Origin: Adineta vaga
Taxonomy: Eukaryota > Animalia > Rotifera
NCBI GenBank assembly: GCA_021613535.1
Contig: CP075492.1
Coordinates: forward strand, 12,028,001 to 12,092,000
Length of the DNA: 64,000 nucleotides
Reading direction: 5' to 3'
The translations under genes and the position numbers were made by a program. The notes below the pieces were generated by a model. That model was given only the letters and a program-made list of their open reading frames with translations. It searched no databases and had not been told where the DNA came from. This document shows, in pieces, positions 28,937-41,837 of the stretch. Every line of letters begins with the position of its first letter. Positions within the stretch are counted from its first letter, which is position 1.

Positions 28937-31040
28937 ATGCAAACGATTAGACAGTCATTACAATTTCGATCATTATATTATCATCAAGTTCGTTATTATA
29001 CTTCACATCTATTCGATATTCATCCTGAAGTCAAATCTGCTTTAAGCGAACATCGTCCAGTTGTTGCTTGTGAAACAGCAATTCTTACTCATGGTTTACC
29101 TCGTCCAATAAATATTGAAACATGTTTACATATCGAACAAATTATTCGTGATCATGGTTCAATTCCGGCAACGATTGGTATTATAAATGGTCGAATTAAA
29201 GTTGGTCTTACAAAAACTGAACTTGAACAACTTGGTTCATTGAAAACAGTTGAAAAAGCATCTCGTCGAGATTTACCATATCTTATATCGCATCATTCAT
29301 CAGCTGGTACAACTGTTGCTGCTACAATGTTGATTGCGCATCGTTGTGGTATTCCAATATTTGCTACTGGTGGTGTTGGCGGTGTTCATCGAGATTCTTC
29401 AACCACAGGTGATATATCATCAGATTTAGATGAATTAGGACGTACACCAGTATGTGTGATTTCGAGTGGTATTAAATCAATTCTTGATATTCCCAAAACA
29501 CTTGAATATTTAGAAACAAAAGGTGTTGGAGGTATGATTATGCTGAAATAGTTTATTTGTATTGAATATAATTGTAATTCATTTTAGTTTATACATTTGG
29601 TAAAACGAATGATTTTCCGAATTTTTTTACTCGAACCAATGAATTTGGATCACGTTCATGTGCAGCTATTGAAAGTATCGATGAAGCTGCTCGACTTGTT
29701 CGAAGTATGATTGATTTAAAACTTGATTCTGGTCTATTAGTAGCTGTTCCAATTGATAAAGAAGATGAGATCGTTACAGATAGTGGAAAATCAATCGAAT
29801 CAATTATTCAAGAATCTCTTCAACAAGCAACAAAAGAAGGAATTACTGGTAATAAAGTGACACCATTTGTTCTCGGTGAAATTCGTCGACAAACAGGTAA
29901 TAAGTCAATTCCAACGAATCAAAAACTTATCTATAAAAATGTTCGTATTGCATCACAAATTGCTGCAAATTTATCATCTGTTCAATCCACTTCATCGTCA
30001 TTAAGTAAGTGATGATCTTTGTAAACACACGAAGAACAAAAGACATGATTTTTCATCGTTTTTCTTTTACTTATTTAATAAATAAAGTCCTCATTGGAGC
30101 ACGAAATCTTGATTTACATATTCAACTTCATGCTGATTTTCTTCCGAACAAAGGTTCAACTATACCTTGTCGTTTACGACAAAATCTCGGTGGAGTTGCC
30201 TATAATGTTACACATGCTCTTCATCTATTAAAAGCTCGTTCAATTCGTCTTCTAACGGTTTCAGGTGCTTTAACATCATTTATAAAAACTGATTCAATTC
30301 CAACGATTATCCATGATATTCCCAATGAATCGACTGCGAGTTATATTTCTCTACTTGATTCAAAAACAAGTGAACTTATTTGTGGTTTTGGTGATATGGA
30401 AATCTATGAAAGACAAATTACACCAGATTTTCTTGATAAAAATCTTTCAATATTAATGCAAAATCAATGGATTATGTTTGATGCAAATTTAAGTTCATTA
30501 GCTATAAAACATCTTACTGATATCGGAAGCAAATATAATAAATATCTTGTTTTTATATCTGCGGGTGGACCTAATAAAGCTCGACGAATTACTGATCATC
30601 TCTCAAATCTACATGTATTATTTTGTAATCGTCTTGAATTCGAAGCAATTACAAATTCATCGTCAATTGACTTAAATTTAAAAATTCTTTTGAGAAAAAA
30701 TCCGAATTTAAAATTAATCTGTATTACCATGGGTGCTGAGGGTGTTACCATTGGTATCAATGGACAAATAAGAAAATATCGAGCATTAAATCTCGATAAA
30801 GATCAACATGAGATTCGAAATGTTACAGGTGCTGGTGATAGTTTTGCTGCTGGTGTCATGAGTCAATTATTAAAATTCAATTTTGAAAATATCAATCGAG
30901 CGATAGCTTGTGGTTTATTAGCTGCAAAATTTACATTAACATCGGCGAATACGATTAGTGAACGATTGAATACAATTGATAGTAGAATGATTGATGAGAT
31001 TTGTTCGAAAGAACTTCAATATGAAAATGTTAATCTGTAA
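28937..31040 (+). CDS. Bifunctional pseudouridine-5'-phosphate glycosidase / pseudouridine kinase (PsuG-PfkB fusion), 3 exons, probable mitochondrial presequence
   Basis: PVVACETAILTHGLP, KASRRD, GTTVAAT, FATGGVGGVHR, DISSDLDEL, GIKSILD, GNKVTPFVL (PsuG); GGVAYN, FCNRLE, NVTGAGDSFAAG (PfkB kinase). Introns ~29523-29587 and ~30005-30087. Arg-rich, acid-free N-terminus. Confidence 0.93.
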
Positions 31041-31131
31041 ACATTGTGTATGTAATTTTAAAGAAAAAAAAAATCAATGATTATTTTCGTTTTTTTATTG
31101 CTTATCTTGTTTTATATTCAATGATTTATAG

Positions 31132-31755
31132 ATGAAGAACAAATTTTTTCTTAATTATACTTTGTTTTGGTCATTTTGGGCACATCTTCTTTTTATTTTC
31201 GGTATGATTGGTTATCTCTTTATGGATATACTTGATTATATGCATTCGAATCTTTTCAATTCATTTCTTACAAATCTCATCTATATTCTTCTCGCATGTT
31301 TATTCGTTATTAATGCTACTCTACAATTTTTTGTTATTTATTATATGAATAAAAATGTACAACGATATTATACCATGATTTTATCTTGTCTATTTGATAA
31401 AATTGCTAGTCATGCTTATCTTATTGGTGCAATATTGACAACAATAACTTCAACGAAAGTTACGACAATTTGGACATTGAATACGATTGGTGTATGTGGA
31501 TTTGTTATCGGTGCAACAATAAATACGATGATATCAGCAGCTAATGCAATGTCTATATGGGCAGATTATTTTAATTTATTAGGCTCATTGTTTTATCTTC
31601 TAGCAACGATTATAACTCGAATACCATTAACACAATTGATTGGAATTCTTGGTGATGTTATTTATTTGATCGATTCAATTTTATATATGATATGTTGGTT
31701 TCAAGATCGTCAAATGATTCACGATCAATTTGGACAATATGTTTCATTGAAATGA
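31132..31755 (+). CDS. Intronless multi-pass (~6 TM) membrane protein of unknown function
   Basis: 207 aa, almost entirely hydrophobic helices with a repeated pattern (WAHLLFIFGMIGYL / WADYFNLLGSLFYL / LGDVIYLIDSILYM). Confidence 0.75.
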   Translation: MKNKFFLNYTLFWSFWAHLLFIFGMIGYLFMDILDYMHSNLFNSFLTNLIYILLACLFVINATLQFFVIYYMNKNVQRYYTMILSCLFDKIASHAYLIGAILTTITSTKVTTIWTLNTIGVCGFVIGATINTMISAANAMSIWADYFNLLGSLFYLLATIITRIPLTQLIGILGDVIYLIDSILYMICWFQDRQMIHDQFGQYVSLK

Positions 31756-31890
31756 AAATTTCAATTGTCTTCATTTTGTCAGATATATAGAAAATCATTT
31801 CATTATATATTTATTGTCAGATAAAAAATATGAGGTTATATAGAATTGATAAAAACATTTCATATAAAAATTATACGTAAAGAAAATAAT

Positions 31891-34163
31891 CTAAGAGAGA
31901 ATAAGACGATTATTGATTTGAGAAGAAGGATTGGAATTATCTTTATTTCCTTGAGAAATTACTGACGAATAATTGATCAAATGATGAATTGAATTAGGTA
32001 CATGAATAAGACAAGCACCAATACGTTTTGTTTTCAATGGTGAACACTAGAAAAGAATTAATTCGTTATAGTTTCCCTTTCTTTTTTTATTATTAAATAT
32101 TCTTTACCTTTCTCCATTTATCAGTCTCTGTATCATATATTTCCATTTCATTCACAACTTTGCCATCAAAACCACCAATAATATAAATTTTACTATGAAC
32201 TACAGCAATACCTAATGCTTCTTTTGGTCGACTAAATGAAGTAATCAATGTCCATTGATTTGATTTCGGATCATAACGTTCACCATCATCATATCGAAGA
32301 ACATTTTTATTAATAGTAGATATTTCATGACCACCCATAGCGTATAGATATCCATTACAAGATGCAACAGCCACACTACTACGACGTTTTTGCATCGATG
32401 CACTTTGTTCCAACGATTTGTATGTGGATCGAAAAATTCTGTTTCACGCATACTACCAGAACTATCTTCACCTCCAACTGCATAGATTCTAAAAAGAGAA
32501 ATCTGAACAAAGATAAAGGTAAGAAACAAAGCTTTACCGATTTTCAAGTATGGCAACACCAAATATACATCGTATATTGATCATTGATGTTACAAAACTC
32601 CATTCCGATGTTTCCGGATTGAAACGTTCAACAGTATCGAGAATCGTTCGTCCATCATGACCACCAATTGCATACAAAGGGCCACCAATACATTCTAAAG
32701 CTAAATCATATCGACTAGTAAGCATTGGAGGACCTATTGTCCAAGTTTTTGTTTGTAGATTATAGATTTCAGTACTATTCAATCTATAAAAGGAACATAA
32801 AAATGAAGTCAAACAGTAAATCTATCGACTTACACTTTAAGAGTATCTCGACCTCCGCATACGTAGAACTTTTTGTCTAATCGAATACAAGCAAATTGAC
32901 TACGTCGACTATTCCATTGATTATCAATTTGCCAACAATGTGTTCGAAAATCATATCTTTCTATTGGTTGAGAACCTACTATCGAAAACTCACACATATA
33001 TCTTATCGTTTCAATATACATACTCTTACCTTTTATTCCATCGATACCACCTAAACAATACAAAGTACCAAGTGTTGATCGTCTTGGTTTTGTTCTATTC
33101 GATTTCATTGATGTTCGTTTTTCTGGTGCTAAATGATAGCGCATTGCTTCAATAATTAACATTTGACATGAACTATCATTTTCAAATCTTTCATTCCCAT
33201 CAATATGATTTGTTAAATACTAATTTAATCAATAACATACATGTATACACAATCATTCTCGTTCATATATGTATATTCTTACTTTTCTTTGGATTAAAGG
33301 TAATCGAATTAAACTGAATAAATCAGCAAGAGCATGTTTATATCGATTCGAATCATGATCAAGCCATAGAAGTAATGCTTCGTAAACAATTTCTTCTGAT
33401 TGAACATTGATATCATCTAAAGATTCGTTCTATTAGAAACGAAAAAGAAGTCATTCGTAAAAGAATCAACATACCAGACGCTAAAAGTAGTTTGAGTTCA
33501 TCAGAAGATAATTTCAAAAATTCTTGATTATGATGAATAATATCTGAGAAACATTCCTAAATAATTTCGAAAGAAATGAAGAAACTGAAGTCATACTATC
33601 TATTTACCAGAATATAATTCCAAATATTGTTCATTAAATCCTGTAAATTATGTTCGCGTGCAAATCGATAGAGACTAAGACAATTGGATGGTTGAAGTTG
33701 TTTTTTAAGAAATTGACAACATGAATCGACTATTTCCGTTATATGAAATAGATGTGCAGCATCGAGAATTTTCGTCACATTATTCGAATGAATTTCCAGA
33801 TGACCTTCAAAAAAACAAAAAAGAAGATTTCGTCTTTTGAAATACGAATCGTGTCCGAACATTACCTTGATATGCATAGAAAATAAATTTCTCGAATATA
33901 TCTGGATCGATATCATTGAGAATGATTTCTGTGTGTTTATTATTTTCAAATAAATGACGAAAATAATCGGATAAAGTAGAAATAATAAGTCGATGTGCAA
34001 CTATTCTTCGTTTGATTTGTCCATCATCACAGATAAAAACAATATCACAAAGAAAACCTTGTCGAACATACGTCGCAAATTTGGAAAGTGTTCGAGAGGC
34101 ATAATCAGATTTGGTAAAAACATAGTGTAGATTATTATTCGAATCAATGGAAGATGTTGCCAT
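31891..34163 (-). CDS. Kelch-like protein (BTB-BACK-Kelch), KLHL1/4/5 type, with one apparent frameshift
   Basis: LCDIVF…AHRLIIST.SDYF (BTB), QLQPSNCL, RTKPRRSTLGTLYCLGG, kelch repeats (CGGRD.LK, GPLYAIGGHDG, YAMGG, IIGGFDG). One nucleotide is missing at ~32402. Confidence 0.88.
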
Positions 34164-34423
34164 ATGAAAATCTTAGAATTTCCTTACTATTCTAATATTC
34201 ATTCTTAGTTTTTTTTTCACTTTTATACAAATCTATAAAAGAAATCAATTACAAAATATCTTTTTGTTTTTTTTTGTTAACCATTTTTTTCTATCAAAAC
34301 TATATAAAAATGAATAAAGAAAAAAAAACATTTTATTTTTTTTATTATCAATATACACATATAAAAAAATTTGAACTAGTATATTTTGTTAGGAAATTCA
34401 TGAATACCATTACGAAATATCTG

Positions 34424-36250
34424 CTATTCTCCTAAGAAAAACGCTAAAACATGTTGCCAACTTTGTTCACGTGATTGACATAATAAAATCTTTTCTTTCT
34501 TGGCGATGTCTTCAAGATATTTTCTTGATCGCATGATATCTTGTCGTTCAGTTTTCGTTAGGATTTTTTCGGAATTATCATCGATCATAGGTTGTAAACA
34601 GACAATAATATGGTGTTGACGTTCACCGATTAAAAAGGCAAGTTCTGTTGCAAGATGTGAAAGACGTTCCTGATCATTTATAATATAATACAACAAACGT
34701 GAGCGTTTGCGAATATAAATATCATACAGAATATCGAGTTCATCGTTTTCATTCAAACTTTGGCGTAGTGTAGAGTTTAGATTCAATTCATCAAGAAGTG
34801 GTAATGCAAGTGTTTTTAACCAACATTGATCATGATCACCTGCTGCTATATACAAATCGAAGAGAGGTGTCTCTTCATTCAGTGATGCTGATGAAAGTGT
34901 ATGAGGAGGAGAAGCTGCAGAAGGAATGAATTTATATTTTATACATTTGTAAAAGATAGAAATCGATTGAGATAAAGATGAATGCAATGTTAGCGAAGGT
35001 GTTGGTAATGAAGTGTGTAGGAAAAGAAATAAGAATATATTATTCAAAATAGAGATAGGATAGTAAAATCTATAAACAAAATAGTTGATAATTAGTAGAA
35101 CGAGTTTATTTTTATTACCTTGAAGAAATGTTTTCGTCTGTTGAATTAGCATAAATATCGGTATATATTGATGATGATGAAGATTGTGATAAAGTACGAT
35201 GACTTGATTCTAATGATTCATAACCATCATCATCACTTTCATTTGCCGAAAGGGACAATTGTGTTTTTGTTGTAATGGATAGTCGACGAAAATGCACACC
35301 GGTTGTGAAATGATTTGACTGTAGATATGGACTTAAAATTGGCGAAGAATGACCGTTACTTGCACTATTACGTCGACAGGGAATGATTGGTGACGATAAT
35401 TTCACTTCCGATTCACCCATTAGTTGATGAAAATTTCCAGGTAATTCATGACTCTACAAATGTCTACAATGAATACAATGCGTTTTTCATAAAAGTTCAA
35501 GATTGTGTTCTTAGTATTCAATAGTTTACCTTTTTCATCTGGATTTTGGTTTTTCTCTTCAGCTATCACAGTTTGTTTTGTATTCTCCAAAATAAACGTT
35601 GCATATTCTAATGCTACTGTAAGATTATTAAATATAGGCACATTTATATTTTGTAATAATCTTCTTAAAGTTCGTCTTGCTTCATAAGCATTTTCATAAT
35701 CATTTTCATCGTCAACTTCATTCGAATCCTTTTTTTCTTGAATAAACTTCACTTGATTTCGATCTTCTGCCATAATATTCATCACAACGATGATATTTCT
35801 ACGGCGTGCTGCTAAATAACATACTTCCTCAATAGCTGCCAACGATCTTGTACTATGATCAATAACAAAAAACAGAATTGGAGCTCGTTCTTTAGCTCGA
35901 TATTCGATTTCAATTAAATCTGGTGTCCAATTTGCAACTTGAGGATTATAATATGAAATCGAACGTGATTGAAAATAAGGAATAGCTTGTTCATATCTCC
36001 ATGTTGTTGGATTACATGATCCGCCAAGAAAAATGTCGAATTCCCATTTTTGTTGTTGTTTCGTTATTTTTCGTTGTGATGATGATGGTGAACATGTTAT
36101 AACATCAATGCCATAAACACGTTTGAGAAGAAGAATTTGAAGAAATTGAAAAGCACGTTTAAATTTGATCGTTTTACACGACGATTTTTTGGTTAGATCA
36201 TCGAAAGTAAATGTACGATGAAAACAACTACATTCACTCAAACTATTCAT
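34424..36250 (-). CDS. raw: Raw/OLRN-1-like protein with nucleoside 2-deoxyribosyltransferase-like domains (3 exons)
   Basis: IFLGGSCNPTTWR…AIP…YYNPQV.NW.P.LI..E..AKE.A.ILFFVID..TRS. A second degenerate repeat (WLKTLALPLL…LLYYII…ELAFLIG…DIMRSRKYL) lies in the last exon. Confidence 0.8.
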
Positions 36251-37348
36251 TGCTAACGTATCCGAAGATTTTTATTTGACTACATGATTGCAATGAATCT
36301 TAAATAATCTAAAGAAGAAATATATATATGACGTCATAAAATATGAGCTTTTTAACGTGTGTATGACGATATAATACAGGCACGAAATGAAGAAGGAAGA
36401 ATGATCGACGTAGAACGAAATACGTTCGAGAACGTGCGTCACTGTAAAAGCATAGCAAAACTGATGGAAAAAAATGATATGAAATTTTCATCGATATTAT
36501 TCATGAGTATTATTTTTCTGAATAGACAAGTCTTCAGTACTCGAACTCGAGTGATTTTTGTCTCGTTCTATGCAATATTCGATTGGGAGATATAAAGAAC
36601 AAATACGTTTGGATGAAAATGACGTCTTGTTTTGAAAGGTACTCTTTAGATGGCGCTTTTCGCTTATTTTTTACTCATAAATGATTTACCATCGTTTCAA
36701 ATGTCACTTGCAGAAAGTCAATTGAAGACGCAATAAATATTTTCTTGATTAGAGTAACATGTGATATGATGTTGTTATATATCCTTGTAAAATAGGTTGG
36801 AAGTCTTGAATATACGAAGATCATCAATATTGAAATAGAATCTCCAAAGTCGATATAATTACAGTTTATTACAATAACAGATTTATTTACAATGATGATA
36901 TTTATATTGTAATTTGAATCAATGAAGATTTAGATTGTGTGATATGAAATGAAATGAAAGAAATCAAACGATGAAACAATATTTCATATGTAAATGGCGA
37001 AAAGAAGAAAGAATGTATTTATTCAATGTGTATAAGATATCATTTTTATGATAGTTATTTAATGATCGATAAAAACATTGGAGAAAGATATTTCTAAGTA
37101 ATGAATAAAAGTCGACATTTTCAGAATGGAATTCTTATTCATATTCAATAATTATTAAGAAATTTATCGAAATAAAGCAAATAGATACTACCATACAATG
37201 AAAACAGTAAAGAAATGATGAATAAGTAACATAATAGACTAGTAGGAAAATAGAATGATACAAGATCAGAGAGATTATAGTGATGAACAAATCGAATAGA
37301 GTAAATGAAATATTTGCAAGTAATTGATCATTTGATAAGCATTTTACT

Positions 37349-40258
37349 TCACCGGTCAAATTCAGGATCATTGACCACTTCAATTCGACAACTACTTCTC
37401 GCTTCTCCAAAACGATTTTTCACAAGACAATCAACAATACCACCATCAATTCTCATACACTAAATCAATAATACATTTATTTTTTCAATTCCTTCGATTT
37501 ACTTCTTAGGACTTACACAACAAAGACTGAATACAGCTTCTTCATTATGATAATTATCTTTTGATTGTGATGCTGTTGTAATTAACTAAAATAGATTTTG
37601 AAAGAATTCAAGAGATAGATACAAATAACTAAATCAATACTTTTCCATTATGAAACCAATTTACTGACACTTGCAAACCTTTTACAATACATGATAGTTT
37701 TACTGGTTGTCCTTCGCTAATACTAACATCAATTAATGGTCGTGTGATCGAAGGTGTTGCATCTGCTGGTGATGCTTAGAATAAAAAGGAAAAACACACA
37801 TATACATGAAATATTCGATAATCAATCGAATTTTCTTACCAACAACGAATAATTGTACGATGACTTCTTCTCGTCCAAGTCGATTCATAATTGTACATTT
37901 GATTTGTCCATTATCTGGAATTGTCAGTGATTCAATATCCAGATAATGAATATCATGTAATTTATGTATTCGATATCTTGATGATTTGACGCCACGAGCC
38001 GCAACAGTTTCTCCTATACGTGAATCATTATGTGACCAAATTATTGTCGGATATGGATCACCACCAAAACAACATTTAAATTTCGCTAAATCATCATTTA
38101 TTCGATCGATTTGAGTTTTTTGTTTTTTTTAAACAGAAAATTACCTGTTTCATTTGGTAGCATAAGTACTGTTTGTGGTTTAATTAAGAAATATGGTGGA
38201 ACATATTTACTTTCTTCAGTATTTACCAATGAAGAAGAAGTCAAATCTGCTTTTCGTTGAACAACTTCACTGGATGATTGATAATTTGTCGTTATAATTG
38301 AACCATTATTTAATGTATTACGTTTTCGTACATGAACTAGAATAAGAAAGAATTGTAGAACTTGATTACAATGAAAAGATATCTATTCGTTAGAATCATT
38401 CAGGAGAAACATGCACATGCGTTTAAATAGAGAGAAAATCTACAAAGATGGATGACTATAGGCGTACTTAATCCATGATCAAGTGAACGTTTAAAATGTT
38501 GTAATCGTTTGATAATTCGATCGATAAATGTTTTTAAAACTGCGAAATAAGAAATTAAAAGTATATATCGATATTCATCTCATTTGTTCACTGTTCATCA
38601 TCTTTTCTTTTGTATGTGTTTATATTACCTTTTCCTCCATTCGTTGTGAGTTTTGTATGATTTAATGTATCTTCATCAATAAATAATGTTGTATGTAAAT
38701 CATTGACACATAGAGAAATATGATTGGCACCTTGTAATGATGATAACGATGGATTATTCGTCTGAGAATCAATAACATTATCAAATGAAGGTGACGCTGT
38801 AGGAAGATTATTTGAATTTGTCATTGAAGAATTTATTGGAAAAAATTCATCAGTTTGACGAGTCAAACGTTTCCAAAGTGTTCGTGAAGCATCGGATGAA
38901 TTTATACACTAGAAATAAACGTATTTATTTTGTCTGATCTAAGAAGATGCTTACAGATGATGTTTGTTGATTTTGTGAAGAATTCATTGTCAATGTTTGT
39001 CCATCGGTAAAATCTGTATCACTTGATGTATCTTGACTACTTATTGTTGAACTACAGAATCGATTTTTCGAACGTTTACATCCCGATGTAACCGGTAGAG
39101 TACCATTGATTGGTACTCGACCATGAGATGTTTCCTTAACATGTCGTTTTTGATGAATTGATGTCATTGATTCCGAATCAGTTATTGGATCGAGAGTTGT
39201 TCGATATGAAAGAATAAAACTAGGATTTTTATCATTAGAATGTGTTTGTTGTTCGTCTGAATCTAGCATTGTTTTTAACATTGAATGATATACATTATCC
39301 ATAGTATGACGTTTTCGGCGATCACGAAGTTTTTCTCGAAATGCTGCTGATCGAGTAGCGACTTTTGTAGTTGATGTGTCTTTGGATGCTGCTGCTGCTG
39401 CTGGTGGCGGCGGTGGTGGTGGTTGTGCTGGTCCTGGTTGACGATCATCAATAATAGATGAATACCGACGACGAAGTTGTCGATTATATTGATGATTTCG
39501 TTCACGATAAAGTAAATCAAGATTGTCAAGTTCAGCAGCAGATAAACGTTCAATAATAATTAAATCAGGTGGATGACCTTTCTGCCGATTTAAAACAGGT
39601 AAATTAAAATTTTCAATTCGTTCATAGGTTGATTGATCTTCGAGAGGAGGAGGTGGTGGAGGAGAAAAACGTATATGAATTGTATCAGGATAGATGAAAT
39701 CAGATATTCGATTGAAACTTTTTGAAACTGGTCGAGACATACGTGTTGGTGGATGATAAGACGAGCGGCCTCGTCTTTCTGATGTAAACCATGCAGTTGG
39801 TATATTTTCATAAGTATTCATATTATTTCCTTCTTCTTCTCTTATATCTAAAAACAAAAAGAAAAGGAAAGGAAAATTTCTATCATACAGTCAGACAACT
39901 TTTAACCAAACTATTAAGTATTCAACGCATGTATGTAATTTACTCATAGGATGTGAACAGGTCATCATCGAATGAACTATAGTTAAATAGCATTAAGAGA
40001 ATGAGTGAATTGAAGTGAGGAACAGACTATTGAAAAAAAGAAACTAAACTAAACTAAACTAAACAGTACATATATATTCATACATTATGTCTGAATGAAC
40101 TGCTTGTATGTATAATGCGATCGATGAGATTAGATCAAATTTCATTTCGATCATTACTCTATCAGCAATAGTATTTCTAAATACTTACGCAAGAAATTAA
40201 CAAACGAACAATATAAGATATATATTACTGAAAACCAGTAATTCATATTTTGTCGCAT
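37349..40258 (-). CDS. Pro/Ser-rich protein with two C-terminal I-set Ig domains (palladin/titin-like); 5' exon tentative
   Basis: Large low-complexity exon 38925-39848 (poly-P). Then PPYFLIKPQ…KFKCCFGGDPYPTIIWSHN…LDIES…DNGQIKCTIMNRLGREE and a second Ig (…QGQPVK…WFHNGK…DGGIVDCLVKNRFGEARSSC). Candidate first exon 40258-40189 matches intron phase. Confidence 0.65.
40041..40063. repeat. (AAACT)n microsatellite
   Basis: aaactaaactaaactaaactaaac. Confidence 0.8.
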
Positions 40259-41837
40259 GCATTCTTATGTATAAACATCTAGCAATGAAGGATAGAAAAT
40301 GTGACACTCATGTATATGTATATCTAACAAAAAAAGATCAGACGTACATACTCGTACTATAATTGATATGCCTATATGATAATCACAGAAATCCCTGCGA
40401 GGCAAACGTGAATAAATGAGAAGTATCTCACGGTATGTTTCTTTCTTACTGTATAAAAACATCGTCGTTGCTTGCAATGTAATCGAGAGAAGAAAAATAA
40501 CACTGTTGTAAATCAAGGTTAAACGTTATTTAGATATTCGTGAATAAATGTTGCATCAAATGATACAATGTCATCATTTACAGTTGCACTATTACTTTCT
40601 CCATTCTGTTTTTGACACCAATTAATAACTTTTACCTTTGCAAATGCGAATCTATTTACTTAATTGTTTTTCCTATGCAGATGAAAGATTAGATATTTGT
40701 TTTTCACATTAGTCTTCTTGTCAAAATGGCACGAGCACTACTCAAATTGTAATATCAAAAAGAAAAACATCGAGATTATTCTCTCTCTCTTCTACAATGA
40801 CTAACGGATGAAAGAATCGAGATGTTTTTTTTTCTACGAAGAATATCTTGAGGAAGAGTCAAACGGCCTTCACATACAATAAATTTTGTTCTGCTCTAAT
40901 ACTATACAAGCATGTTTAGTACCATACATCAAAAACAGACAAAACTAAAAAAAGAAGAAGGAGAAGAGCGTTGTTTTTTTGTAAATACCTTTGAGTGTTT
41001 TAGTTCTGTTGTTGAAATACAAACGACTAAGAGATAGTTACATGTGAATATTAAACTGACTCGACCTAGTATCTATCTATATGTGTGTCAATTTCATCAA
41101 CATATTGTCAATGTCAATTGGATGAAATTTTACTATATAGATTGAAACAAGGTCGATCAAAGAAGAGAAAAAGATACAATTAAATTTGTCGACTATGTTT
41201 CACTTCGTAACACATACAAGATCAAACAATATTCAATTGACAAGTGTTTATGGTACATTAAGCGATGTTATGTTTCATGGCAGTTAAGATAACGAAACGT
41301 GTTACAATGAATGTTTTTCTTTTTTCATTCGAAATTAAGTTTGAAATCGAAGAGAACGAAAAAAGAAGAAAAATGATTATCATACCTACTTGTGATTAAT
41401 AAGCGAACTTTACATTGATATGGTTTCAAAAGATATTCTATCGTATCAATTAATTTATAAGTTTTCATGTTAATTGTCAATTGTATATATATATATAAAT
41501 GGCTTAGAACATTTTTCAAATGTCAACAAAGATTTTCGTGTATTACAAAAGGAATGATTCATAAGTTGATGAAAAGTAAATTCAACATATAATTATCGAT
41601 TTTATTCTATAGAAATCATTTCTATTGACATACTTAGAAGTATTTAGAAAGTTTCGTGTTTGAGGATATCATTTTTCAAAAAAATAGTCAGATCAATTAG
41701 TCATAATCACTAATCTCGTCGTATTGTTCTTATATAATAAATAGAAGCAAACCAAAATACAAAAACTACGATAAAATATGTATGTTCTTTTTTTCTGTCT
41801 TTTGGAAGTAAGAAAAAATTCATTTGTAGAAATGATT

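Noticed and set aside
28937-31040. PsuG-PsuK fusion as a novel or horizontally acquired gene
   Set aside because: The bifunctional fusion is established in many fungi and animals.
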